A stretch of DNA of 64,000 nucleotides from assembly GCA_002269645.1 (NCBI GenBank), contig NIVC01003439.1, forward strand, positions 1 to 64,000. The letters run 5' to 3'. A model generated the notes under the pieces. The model saw nothing but the letters and a program-made list of their open reading frames with translations. It was not told the DNA's origin and made no database searches. Below, piece by piece: positions 1-12,281 of this stretch; within the stretch, counting starts at the first letter, position 1; every line of letters starts with the position of its first letter. Both the position numbers and the translations under genes were made by a program. Source of the stretch: Macrostomum lignano. Its lineage: Eukaryota.

Positions 1-1242
1 TGCGTCACGTTGCCGTCCCGAGGCGCAGCATGAACAGCCGCTCAGACCGAAGGACACGGTCGCGATCGTCGGCCTGTCGCCCGAGCTCATCCTCATCGTC
101 CGAGTGCCAGGAATCCGGTCTCCCGGCTCGGTGTAGAAGTTCACCAACACGGAGTTGAACTTCGGGACATCGAACTGGGTATCATGGTAAATGAAGTCAC
201 GAATGTCTTCAATTACCTGATGCCAGTTAGATTTTCCTTCAGCTCAACCCGCTGTAGGTGTACGACGGGCCGATCCAGTAGACGCGGCGCTGCTCACTCG
301 GACGATGCTGAAAGGTTGAGGCAGCAGGTCGGTGATCAGGCGCTCGTAGACTTGGTCCGCGACCTCGCTCTCAGGAACTTGGGCGCATAGATGATGGTGC
401 TGTCGCTGGCGTAGATCGTCTGCTGACAGTCAGTCAAGTCAAGGCTCATCAGGGAAGATGATTTGACTGATGTCAGCGTCCAGTTGCTCGGCAGGGGCTT
501 TGGCAGCGTCGAGGCCTGGTCTGCAGCCGATTGCTGGCGCTCCTCAGACGTCGGCGCTGCCGCTGCCGCACTGAGCTCGCTGGACTCGGCAGTTGGTGGC
601 TCGGTGGTTGCTGCGGCCTCGTTGGATGGCAGGGCGCTTGTCTGGCCTGGCTCGTCGCAGTCGAGAGACATGCGCTGCTCTGCCTCTGCGCCTGCAGCCT
701 CCGGCAGCTGCTCATTCTCTCGCAGGATCTCCTCTGCGTTGCGCAAGAGCTCGCCGGCCGGGGGCTGATCGAGTGGCGGCCGTCCAGACTGCGTCGAGCT
801 CGCATCTGGCCTGCTGGCGGCGGGCTCGCAGTCGATGGCTCAGCTGTCGGCGTCAGTCCAAGAAGCTGGCGACCGTAGGCTTCGTTCGGACGATACCGGT
901 GCTCGAGAGAGGGCCGGCAGTCCATCTTTTTAGCGCTGGCGCGATTCGCAGCCATATGGCGTGATTATTTGGGTGCACTCACACTAAACTAAACTAGACA
1001 ACTACTAATGAGTCAGGAGGCACACAAAGTGCGCTCGCTGAGAGGGGTGGGGCGACTGCAAGATAAGACTAGGGGTGGGGTAGAGATAAAAACAAATGTA
1101 CAGTGGAATGGAAGGCTAACTAAAGTACTTTTAAGAGCTAAGCTAGGCTAGTCTAAACTATTCTATTTCTAATAAGCCTTTCTAGGAAAGGCCTGCAAAA
1201 ACTAGAGAATTCTCCTAAGAGTATCCCTCCACGGAAATCTTT
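1..1242 (-). mobile_element. 5' part of a second copy of the AlkB-carrying LINE (5' UTR plus ORF1 N-terminus and most of the AlkB domain); continues beyond the left window edge
   Basis: 1-~905 is near-identical to 6452-~7362, and ~905-1242 to 8302-8642. ORF1 start MAANRASAKKMDCRPSLEH is at 955. Several single-base indels break the frame (e.g. near 110 and 760). No MITE at the ctc(g/a)agag site. Confidence 0.9.
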
Positions 1243-1879
1243 GTTAAAAACGAGGTGCCGTCGAAACCGGCGCGGGTCAGTTCCGAAGAACTCTGCCGCA
1301 GTTATATTTTGTATTTGATCGAAAGAATTAAAAATATTTACAAGATTTCGATTTGAATATTTAATACGAATATTGAAATAAAAATGTACATATATAAAAC
1401 TATTTTTCAATATTTTGCAGTATTTTGCACGCATTTGGGGATAAAAAAGAGGGGAGGGAAATCCCGCACAAAGAAGGGATCTAATAAAAACAGGACATCT
1501 AAAAAATACGTGCTTGATATTTGAAGGCCTATTGAGAGTAAAAGCAAGACATTTAAGTAAAAAAATAGAGATTAAAATGCAATAGCGCATATTTGAATTT
1601 AGTTGTAAAAATAGAATGAATATAGTAAAGGTGTAAAAAAGCAATTAGTGATATTTGTAGAGCAGTTGGGTAAAAAACACAGTTGGGAAAATTGTAAAAA
1701 GAAACGCGAGGAGACATAGAGATTACCTAATCAGTCCTAATGACTGATCAACCGATCTCTGTCTCAGGCAGCAAGTTTAGTTTTATTAGTTGCGTTTCAG
1801 AGCGTGGTCACTTCCGGTTTGGAAGGCTGGTAGCCAGCCTAACCCTGGGGTGGGATTCCCCTGTTTCTTTCCCGACGCC

Positions 1880-4616
1880 TCATGGCATCCCAGAGGACAT
1901 TGAGGACGGGGTTCGGCCCGGAGCCCGAGGGGCTTCCGGCTCAATGTGGAAGCTGTGGAGCTTGGCTGCCCTCATCTTGAGCAGCCAAGCCACCCCCAGC
2001 TGCTTGACCCTGTCTGCGAGCATCGGCATACCTGCCAGCTTGTGCAGGTATTCAATGCTGATGTAGGATGGCACACCATAGCAGATACGGAGAGCCAGGT
2101 TTTGAATTTTCTGCAATTTGATTTGGTTAGTCGCACAGATTTGGCTCAGGATTGGCGCTCCGTAGGTGAGAGCGCTTTCTCCGTATGCCCTGTACAGCAT
2201 TCTGAGGGTGGTGCTACTCAGCTTAGTCATTTTTGCAATTCTGCACAGTGACATTACAATGGCTCTGCTGGTATCTGCCATGTTGTCCACATGTTTGTTC
2301 AGGCAGAGGCTCTGGTCAAGGAGGACACCCAGGAATTTCACCTCCTGACAGTACGGAACCTCAGTGTCCCCCAGATACAGTTTGGGTCGCAAGTCCATGC
2401 GCCTAGTGGGTTTGTAGTTGAAAGCGATTGCTTTGCTTTTACCGGCATTCAGTCTAATGCCTTGTTTACCGCACCAGTCAAAGACTCGTCTGAGGTAGCT
2501 TTGAAGGGATGTTCGGAGCCCCGCAAAGGTGTCTGCTGAGGCCCAGACGGCCATGTCGTCTGCGAATTGACTGCGTTTGACGCTTGAGATGGTGGGAGTC
2601 GGCATTGAGCTGACGAAGAGGAGGTACAGGAGAGGGCTCAGAATGCCTCCCTGAGGGACGCCAGCCTGGATGGTGTGGGGATCGCTTAGGGCCCCCTCGA
2701 TTCGAACCTGGATCTGTCTGTCTCGCAGGTAGTCAGACAGGATTCGCATGAGCATAGGTGGAAAACCATCGGTGAGCATGCTATGCCTGATCTTGTCGTG
2801 CCAGGTGGAGTCAAAAGCTGCCTCTGCATCCAGGAAGACTGCAGCGGACTTTTTAGCTTTGCACTTTGCTACCATGACATCTTGTGCCAGACGGCAGAGG
2901 TTGTCATACGTGGAGTGAATTTTGCGGTAGGCGCATTGGTCATCTCCTAGGGTCTTATTATCCTCAAGGTGCTTGGTGAGTCTTTTTGCTATAAGCTTCT
3001 CAAACACTTTGCCCAGACATGAGGTCAGGCTGATTGGTCTGTAGGAGTTGGGGTGTTCGGGCGGTTTGTCCGGCTTGGGGATCATTGTCACCACAGCTTT
3101 CTTCCAGGCGCTGGGGAAAATCCCTCGACCGTAGCAGGCGTTGAAGAGGTTAGTGAGTCTCGTGATTGCCACCCCCTCTAAGCCCAGCTTGAGGACGCAG
3201 TTGGGAATCTTGTCCAGCCCGGGTGCTCCATCAGGCCTGAGGTGCTCCAGTTCCCACACTGTGTCTGCCACAGAGAATGCAGCATCAAGTGGGTGGGTCT
3301 CGATGGGTTCGATTCCCTCAGGAACGGGGTAGAATGAGGTGAGCTGTGCCACATCGGCCACCTCACGTTTGAGCTGTTCGCATGTGGAAGGGACTGGGCG
3401 CATCTTTGAGTCCAGAGTCTCGGCTAGAAGGTTAGCCTTCTCCAGATCTGTGTGCGCAGTTGTTTGACCCAGGGTGAGGCTGGGGATGGAGGTTGGCTTA
3501 AATTTGCCCATCAGCTTTTTAGTGTCATGCCAGAAATTCTTCACTTTCTTGTTCTTGCTGTTTTCAACAATACTCTCACAGACTTTGGTGAGCTTTCCAT
3601 TCTGGAAGGAGTTAATTTCTCTCTTTATGCGATTTGCGAGCTGGTTTGCTTGGGTTTTGAAATTTTGATCCCGTGTGCTGAAGAAGAGGCGTCTGAGTCG
3701 TCTGCGCTCTTTGATCAGGTCGAGGATGTACTTGGGTAGGGCGTTTTTGGCACCACAGTCTGGTACTGTGGAGTCAATCACGGTGTGAATGGCCTTTGTG
3801 ATGTGATCCACTTCGGCATTGATTTGGTCAGCATTTGATAACTGAATATTCTGATCTGAGCTCAAAGCTTCACTGATTTTGAGTCTGAACTCGTCCCAGT
3901 TTGTTTTTGAGAAGTTTTTGGGTCTGGGGGACCAGCCCATTTCTTCGACTGAATATTGAGCGTGAGGATTATAGGTAAGTGGTCACTGCCCAGGTCAGGA
4001 CCCACCTCAAAGTCCTGCACAAATGGGAGAAAGTCCTCAGTGGCCAGGGCGAGGTCCAAGACATTCCTAGAAATCAGCCCGTTTTTGGTGGCCAGTCTGG
4101 TGAACTGACCGGCTTGATTGAGAATGGTGGGCGAGGTGGGGCCCTCAGACAGCCAGTCGTGCAGCTGGTAGCCAGCCATGTTGTTGCTGCTGTCACCCCG
4201 AGGAAGCGGTGTCTGGCATTGAGGTCACCCATGAGCACACTGCGCCTACGGGAGAGAAGATTTTTGAGTAGGTTCAGGTTCAGATGATACGGTGCTGGAG
4301 ACCTGTACACCAGAGCAAGATTGAAGTCAGGACCAGAGTTGTCAGACAGGCTCACGGTGCAAGAGATGGCTTCATGGTTGACATTGTCATACTGCAAGCG
4401 CACATTTGTGAGTTTGACGCGAGGAGAGTGGGCAAGGAGAAGCCCGCGTTTGACTTGCGGGGTATCATACCGAATGATGGAGTACCCGGGAATCTGGACA
4501 GTGTGACAACTTTTGAGAATAGTCTCAGAGAAGAGGGCAATGTCTAGCTCCTGACTGACGACCCACTGTGTCAGCTCTCTGATTTTCGGGTTGAATCCCC
4601 TGCAGTTTAAATGCAT
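1880..4616 (-). CDS. LINE ORF2: AP endonuclease plus reverse transcriptase, split over three frames (4616-~4200, ~4200-~3940, 3940-1880)
   Basis: APE motifs LKIMHLNCRG, LFSET, MGDLNARH, LDL, GSDHLPI. RT motifs YRPISLTSCLGKVFE, FLDAEAAFDS, GVPQGGILSPLLY, FADD, KFLGVLLD. Both frameshifts fall in short homopolymers. Confidence 0.92.
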
Positions 4617-4702
4617 AATCTTCAGGGCTGTGGTTTGATTGTTTGAGTCTACAGTTAACGCACTGAAGTTTCAATTCAAGTCTTGAGTTTAGCTGCCTGA
4701 GA

Positions 4703-7700
4703 CTAGGACTCAGTGGTCGCGCCGGCCATGCCCGGCACTTCCTGGAGTGCAGCCCGCACAATGTCCTCAACCATTTTACTGGTTGATTCCACAGTGAGGA
4801 CCTCCCCAGGCGGTCGGGACAGGGCCTGCACAACCACTTGAGTCAGAGAGCGGGTGATCAGGGGCAACAGCATGCTCACCACCGACATAAAGTCACTAAG
4901 CTGCAGCTGCACCGCCTGGCCGGCATCAGCTGACGGAGCAGTCGCATTGACATCAGACTCGGTCTCTGCCGCCGGAGCGCTCCTGGCATCATCGGTCACG
5001 ATGACAAGCGGCCGGATCGCGGCGGGTACCGGCACCGTGCGCCTGCCTCGGCGGATCAGCCAGCCGCTGTCGGAGTCGTCGTCGGCGGCGGCGTCGTCGG
5101 TCTCACTTGACACTGGGGCAGCAGCGGCCGCAGCTTCCGCAGCTCGCGCCGCGGCTTTGGCCTCAGCAGCCGCTCTGGTCGCCTTGTCGTGCTCCGCCTT
5201 GGCGACGGTGCAGGCTCGACTGGTGGTTCGGTGCGAGCCGCCGCAGTTGGCGCAGACCGCTGGGCCCTCGTGCTGGCACTCCTTCCAGGAATGCTGGCCG
5301 CCGCAAATCCGGCAGCGCTGCTGCCCCCGACACTGAGCAGCGCGGTGGCCGAACTCCTGGCAGCGCTGGCATTGCAGAGCGCGGACCGGCTCGTCTGTGC
5401 GGCTGTCCTCGCAGTTGAACTTCAAGAAGTCGGTGCAGATGCCATCGCGGAGGCACTTCTCGTAGGTCATCGCCGACTTTGTGAAGATGCGCACGAACTG
5501 GGTTGCCTTTCCAGTCGCTCTGGCTCGGATTCTGTGGACGCTGACAATGTCCAGCTTGAGCGTGCCGCGCAACAGGGTCGCGAAGTCAGCCTCCGAGAAT
5601 GCGAGGGGCACCTCAGTAGCGACGAAGGTGCGTACCGGCTGCTGCTGCACTCTGTCGGGCCCTGTTCTGTTGTCCAGCGGTCGGGCTCGGGCTGGACGGC
5701 GCTTTACGGGATGCTCGAGCAGCTTCTCCTCGCGCAGCGCGCCGCCCAGGAAGACGTTGTAGTCCCGCTCCGACGCTGGGAACACGAGATAGGCCGGCTG
5801 ATTCGCCATCGGCGCAGTGTTGACGGCTCTAGCTTCGCCGGCAAAGTTGGTCTGCAGCCAGGCAACGAACTGCATCAGCTTGTTGGCCGCGTCCCGGTGC
5901 ACCTCAAAAACGATCGGCGGGATGGCAGCCTGGGGCCTTCTGGGCGGCGCAGGGCGCGCCGCAACCTGCGCGTAGGGCCGCGCTGCCGCAGCCGCCTGCG
6001 CGCTTGTCGCCGAAGCCGCCGCCGCACCGGCCGGCCATGAAGCCGCCGAAGCCGCCGCCGCACCGGACGCCGCGCCGCGACCTCCTCGCCTGCCTCGCTG
6101 GTGGCCGCCACGGCCGCGCCGACCCCGATCGCTTTCGCGGTCTCGCGTCGCCGTCGCCTGCCGCTCCTGGGGCCTGTCGTCGCCCCGGCCGCCCTGGTCG
6201 TCGTCGTGGCCGCCTTGGTCGTCGTCCCGACCGCCTTGGTCGTCGCCGAATGGGCCGCCGTTGAGCGGCTGGCTGTAGGTCGGATCATCCGGCAGAGCTC
6301 GCTTGCGCCGCAGCTCCGGCTTGGTGACACGGAATGTTAGCGAGATGCGGACGCCATTCTGAGAGTGGGCGGCGGGCACCTGGTGCTGCAGGCGTTTCTG
6401 GCAGTTTCCTGCCATCAGAATCAGCGAGCCTGGCAGCGTTGGAAAGCGGTGCGTCACGTTGCCGTCCCGACGGCGCAGCATGAACAGCCGCTCAGCGCCG
6501 AAGGACACGGTCGCGATCGTCGGCCTGTCGCCGAGCTCATCCTCATCGTCCGAGTGCCAGGGAATCCGGTCTCCCGGCTCGGTGTAGAAGTTCACCAACA
6601 CGGAGTTGAACTTCGGGACATCGAACTGGGTATCATGGTAAATGAAGTCACGAATGTCTTCAATTACCTGATGCCAGTTTAGATTTTCCTTCAGCTCAAC
6701 CCCGCTGTAGGTGTACGACGGGCCGATCCAGTAGACGCGGCGCTGCTCACTCGGACGATGCTGAAAGGCTTGAGGCAGCAGGTCGGTGATCAGACGCTCG
6801 TAGACTTGGTCCGCGACCTCGCTCAGGAACTTGGGCGCATAGATGATGGTGCTGTCGCTAGCGTAGATCGTCTGCTGACAGTCAGTCAAGTCAGGCTCAT
6901 CAGGGAAGATGATTTGACTGATGTCAGCGTCCAGTTGCTCGGCAGGGGGCTTTGGCAGCGTCGAGGCCTGGTCTGCAGCCGATTGCTGGCGCTCCTCAGA
7001 CGTCGGCGCTGCCGCTGCCGCACTGAGCTCGCTGGACTCGGCAGTTGGTGGCTCGGTGGTTGCTGCGGCCTCGTTGGATGGCAGGGCGCTTGTCTGGCCT
7101 GGCTCGTCGCAGTCGAGAGACATGCGCTGCTCTGCCTCTGCGCCTGCAGCCTCCGGCAGCTGCTCATTCTCTCGCAGGATCTCCTCTGCGTTGCGCAAGA
7201 GCTCGCCGGCCGGTGGGCTGATCGAGTGGCGGCCTTCCAGACTGCGTCGAGCTCGCATCAGGCCTGCTGGCGGCGGGCTCGCAGTCGATGGCTCAGCTGT
7301 CGGCGTCAGTCCAAGAAGCTGGCGACCGTAGGCTTCGTTCGGACGATACCGGTGCTCAAGAGTAGGGATTCCAATCCCGGGATCCCGGGATCCCGGGATC
7401 CCGGGATTGGGGCCAAAAATCCGGGATTTGAATCCCGGGATTTTTTTGGGAATCGAATCCCGGGATTTTTAATCCCGGGATTGCAAAAGACCGGGATCGG
7501 GATCCCGGGATTTCAAGGCCTTAATCCCGGGATTGGTCCGGGATTAGAACGACCTTTCAATGCCTAAATTAGATAATTTAAAGTCTAAACGTTTATTTGA
7601 ATAATAAAACATTTATTTGTTTTTGCTGTTTCTCAATGAAACGTTAAACATTTGCAAAGCTCCTGTCCTAATTGAGCTAAAAATTGTTAATGTGAACTGT

Positions 7701-8355
7701 AAATTATAGATAATTTTAACTTTTTTTCGTTTTCTACCACGAGACGAGACTGAGGGCCTTTTCATATTGCTTGCTCTGGTTCCAGAACAAGAACCAATTT
7801 GTGAAGTATAACTTTTTGTCTCCATAACTAGAGGGAGATACGTGCTATAAAGTTTTTATTATTGAATGACAGTCGCCAAGAAGAAAGTGAAAAATTGTGC
7901 TAAGTGAGGCTGTTAAGGCAGTCAAATATTAACAGAGTTTAATAGTTATACTGCTGTTTTTCTTGGAATTCCGAACCGATTCTGGTTCTGGAATTGGTAA
8001 TATGAAAAGGCCCTGAGACTCTGAGAGTCGCGAGACCATGACTACTGCACGCGGCACGCCGCACAGTCCGTCTAGCAATTTAGGGATTCCAATCCCGGGA
8101 TCCCGGGATCCCGGGATTGGGGCCAAAAATCCGGGATTTGAATCCCGGGATTTTTTTGGGAATCGAATCCCGGGATTTTTAATCCCGGGATTGCAAAAGC
8201 ACCGGGATTCCGGGATTTTGAATCCCGGGATTTCAACAGCATCGGGATTTCGGGACTATTCAATCCCGGGATTGTAAAATGTCGGGATTTTGGAATCCCT
8301 ACTCAAGAGAGGGCCGGCAGTCCATCTTTTTAGCGCTGGCGCGATTTGCAGCCAT
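4703..8355 (-). CDS. LINE ORF1 (~900 aa): acidic/low-complexity N-terminus, AlkB dioxygenase, RG-rich linker, RRM-like region, three CCHC knuckles; N-terminal ~17 codons (8355-8302) cut off by a MITE
   Basis: The 851-aa ORF 4703-7258 stays open upstream to the insertion. Knuckles CQRCQEFGHRAAQC, CRICGGQHSWKEC and CANCGGSHRTTSRAC. The uninterrupted N-terminus is seen in the other copy at 955. Confidence 0.88.
6325..6745 (-). other. AlkB-family 2OG-Fe(II) dioxygenase domain (ALKBH2/3- or viral-AlkB-like) inside LINE ORF1
   Basis: YTYSG...FNSVLVNFY...IPWHSDDE (HxD, 6548-6556)...IATVSFGAERLF...GSLILM...LQHQVP (distal His 6383-6385)...RISLTFR (RxxxxxR, 6329-6349). All Fe and 2OG ligands are present. 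Confidence 0.93.
7363..8301. mobile_element. Non-autonomous hAT (Ac-like) element / MITE
   Basis: TIRs TAGGGATTCCAA...TTGGAATCCCTA. 8-bp TSD CTCAAGAG at 7355-7362 and 8302-8309. Many CGGGAT/ATCCCG subterminal repeats. Second internal left end at 8081. Empty site in the sister copy near 902. Confidence 0.9.
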
Positions 8356-9123
8356 ATGGCGTGATTATTTGGGTGCACTCACACTAAACTAAACTAGACA
8401 ACTACTAATGAGACAGGAGGCACACAAAGTGCGCTCGCTGAGAGGGGTGGGGCGACTGCAAGATAAGACTAGGGGTGGGGTAGAGATAAAAACAAATGTA
8501 CAGTGGAATGGAAGGCTAACTAAAGTACTTTTAAGAGCTAAGCTAGGCTAGTCTAAACTATTCTATTTCTAATAAGCCTTTCTAGGAAAGGCCTGCAAAA
8601 ACTAGAGAATTCTCCTAAGAGTATCCCTCCACGGAAATCTTTAGTAAAAGGCGAAAGATTTAATCGTGGAATGAAGAGAAACCAGAGCTGAGGATTGTAG
8701 GCGGCATAGCTTAGATTATATAGAAATATTTTCTACAACCTGAATGAAACCTTCGTTTTCGTAAAGCAATTATTAAAAAAACAGCATTGAAGATTTTAAA
8801 GGCAGTGTTTAACAATATCTCCGAACAATTAATGTGACTAATTCAACTTTAAGTTAAATGTTTCACTGGCTCGTAATACAACACACGATTTCCAAATATT
8901 TTTTACAGATTCTTAAGCTAGTTTTATGATTAAGAGGTTTTTGTATTCTAACTTGCATGCTAATTTCCGTGACATTCCATGCTGATTTCCGTGCATGCTA
9001 AATCTCTCTACTGACTTAAGTGGCATTATTTGTGCACGAAAGCCAGTTTTAGTCTAGGCACATAAATATTTTTTCTATGCTGTAAAAAGTGGGAAGGGTA
9101 GGCAGGAAAATTTCGGTGGGTCG

Positions 9124-10060
9124 GCATCATACGCCCGAAAAATCACAACTCCGAAAACATTTCCCATCATAAACCCGAAATATCACAAGCCCGATATATC
9201 ATAACTCCGAAAAACAAAATAGCAACGCCCATCATAAACCCGAAATATCAATAACTCCGAAAGTTCTAGCAATGTCCATCACTATTTTGGTTTTCGGAGT
9301 TATGGTAATTCGGGTTTATGATATTTCGGGTTTGTGATATTTCGGGTTTGTGATATTTCTGGTTTGTGACATTTCGGGTTTGTGATATTTTGGGTTCGTG
9401 ATATTTCTGGTTTGTGACATTTCGGGTTTGTGATATTTCGAGTTTGTGATATTTCTGGTTTGTGATATTTCGGGCTTGTGATATTTCTGGTTTGTGACAT
9501 TTCGGGTTTGTGATATTTCGGGTTTGTGATATTTCGGGTTTGTGATATTTCGGGTTTGTGACATTTCGGGTTTGTGATATTTCGGGTTTGTGACATTTCG
9601 GGTTTGTGATATTTCTGGTTTGTGACACTCGGGTTTGTGATATTTCGGGTTTGTGATATTTCGGGTTTGTGATATTTCGGGTTTGTGATATTTCGGGTTT
9701 GTGATATATCGGGTTTATGACATTTCGGGTTTGTGATATTTCGGGTTTGTGACATTTCGGGTTTGTGATATTTCTGGTTTGTGACATTTCGGGTTTGTGA
9801 TATTTCGGGTTTGTGATATTTCGGGTTTGTGATATTTCGGGTTTGTGATATTTCGGGTTTGTGATATTTCGGGTTTGTGATATATCGGGTTTGTGATATT
9901 TCGGGTTTGTGACATTTCGGGTTTGTGATATTTCGGGTTTGTGATATTTCGGGTTTGTGATATTTCTGGTTTGTGACATTTCGGGTTTGTGATATTTCGG
10001 ATTTGTGATATTTCGGGTTTGTGATATTTCGGGTTTGTGATATTTCGGGTTTGTGATGTC
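9124..10060. repeat. Foldback-like element built from a 16-bp unit (TTTCGGGTTTGTGATA); short left arm is inverted relative to the expanded right arm
   Basis: Left arm CCCGAAATATCACAA-type units (9130-9262), ~40-bp centre flanked by ATAACTCCGAAA / TTTCGGAGTTAT, right arm of ~45 tandem units. Confidence 0.65.
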
Positions 10061-10669
10061 CCCCAGTACCTAGTTTTATTTAAAGCCAGCCAGATTCTAC
10101 AATATATTTGACAAAACATTGCTTAGGTGAACTACAGTGTGCAGTGAGGTGACTGCCGAGTTTTCAGGAACCGCCTGTCAGCAAGACAGGCTAACGTTGG
10201 GCGCCCCCACCCAGTTAATAATTAGGAGTTATTACGCAATACTTTAGTGGTGTTTGAACAGTGTCATGGAATTACATGGTGTATGCCAATACCCTATAAT
10301 GACATATCTTAGCTATACGTGTATAATATAGGCCATACTTAACTATTGTTCCAGCATAGATTGGCTCAATCGCTTTCTTATATCAATCCAGCTCTTGCCT
10401 CGTTAACTGGTTCCGATTGTCATCATTACAATCAATCTATTGTCAACAATGGTCAGAGAAAACTTATTAGTCGCCTAACTTATTAAAATTAATTCTTGTA
10501 GTTTCAAGATCTTACGCTTGAGCTGTTGAATTTTAGAAATGTTAATGATTTCTCAAATTATTAGAAATTGTTACTAAGGCGAGTAAGGAGTAGAACAGGT
10601 TGATAAATTCGACTTGGTTGCGCTAAGGGTTGTCTCAGTTCAGCTAATGACGAATCTCTGAGGAAGCCA

Positions 10670-10741
10670 AGACAGACAGAATTGCAGAGAGACAGAATTG
10701 CAGACAGTCAGACAGAATTGCAGGCAGACAGACAGAATTGC

Positions 10742-10774
<33 letters not shown>

Positions 10775-11755
10775 GTCAGACAGTCAGACAGAATTGCAGA
10801 CAGACAGACAGAATTGCAGACAGACAGAGAATTACAGACAGACAGAATTGCAGACAGAGAATTGCATACAGACAAAATTGCAGACAGACAGACAGAATTT
10901 CAGACAGACAGAATCGCAGACAGAAGCAGACAGGCGGCACAGAAGCAGACAGGCGGCACAGAAGCAGACAGGAGGCACACAAGCAGACAGGCGGCACAGA
11001 AGCAGACAGGAGGCACAGAAGCAGACAGGAGGCACACAAGCAGACAGGCGGCACAGAAGCAGACAGGAGGCACACAAGCAGACAGGAGGCACACAAGCAG
11101 ACAGGAGGCACACAAGCAGACAGGCGGCACAGAAGCAGACAGGAGGCACACAAGCAGACAGGAGGCACACAAGCAGACAGGCGGCACAGAAGCAGACAGG
11201 CGGCACAGAAGCAGACAGGCGGCACAGAAGCAGACAGGAGGCACAGAAGCAGACAGGAGGCACAGAAGCAGACAGGCGGCACAGAAGCAGACAGGAGGCA
11301 CACAAGCAGACAGGCGGCACAGAAGCAGACAGGAGGCACACAAGCAGACAGGAGGCACACAAGCAGACAGGCGGCACAGAAGCAGACAGGCGGCACAGAA
11401 GCAGACAGGCGGCACAGAAGCAGACAGGAGGCACAGAAGCAGACAGGAGGCACAGAAGCAGACAGGCGGCACAGAAGCAGACAGGAGGCACACAAGCAGA
11501 CAGGCGGCACAGAAGCAGACAGGAGGCACACAAGCAGACAGGAGGCACACAAGCAGACAGGCGGCACAGAAGCAGACAGGCGGCACAGAAGCAGACAGGA
11601 GGCACAGAAGCAGACAGGAGGCACAGAAGCAGACAGGCGGCACAGAAGCAGACAGGAGGCACACAAGCAGACAGGCGGCACAGAAGCAGACAGGAGGCAC
11701 ACAAGCAGACAGGAGGCACAGAAGCAGACAGGCGGCACACAAGCAGACAGGCGGC
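10670..11755. repeat. (CAGA)n-derived repeat grading into a 19-bp minisatellite AGAAGCAGACAGGCGGCAC
   Basis: Direct inspection; all six long ORFs here are repeat artefacts. Confidence 0.95.
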
Positions 11756-12281
11756 AGGACTGCACCGCAGCGCAGGGGAAATCCAAGCCGCAATCCGCTC
11801 ACGCACGGCAAAGCTGATTCGGCTTCAGCAGAGGTAGTCCGTTTCCATCCAGCTATCAAAGCCAGGCACAAATGAAGCTCGTTGGTGCATAATGAGCTGA
11901 GCTCGGCTCAAAGCAGGCGGCCAATTCCCATGGGGGATTTTTCTCCCCAAAATACGCTCGTACATATTTAGCATGCAGGACCTATGGGATAATTCTATTC
12001 CGGTCTTCGCCCGCGCCTTCCCCACTTGATTTGGCCCCTTCTCCCCTCTCTAAAAGCCAAATATTGCGCAGGAGGAAGCTTAAGCGGGGCGGGGCGGAGG
12101 GGAGGGCCGGAGGCAAAATATAGGTCTTTGTTCCCCCCCGAAAATCCCTCGCGCCCAACCCGATCCTTGCAAACCCTCCGCCGCCACAGCTTGCCAATTT
12201 TCCCTTTCGATCCCGTTTGGCCCTCGTTTACTCCTCAACTATTTTTAATCATTTGGCCGCTTCGCTGTTTCACTGGGTATG

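Larger units (their letters stand above)
1740..8642 (-). mobile_element. Full-length non-LTR retrotransposon (Jockey/I-group type: ORF1 gag-like plus AlkB; ORF2 APE-RT, no RNase H)
   Basis: Two-ORF layout. The 5' boundary is where identity with the 1-1242 copy ends (acggaaatcttt). The 3' boundary is approximate: AATAAA near 1785 and no clear poly(A) or TSD. Confidence 0.88.

Noticed and set aside
5189-7567. Plus-strand ORFs opposite LINE ORF1, and minus-strand ORFs opposite Gypsy pol
   Set aside because: Antisense shadows of GC-rich coding sequence with no recognisable motifs.
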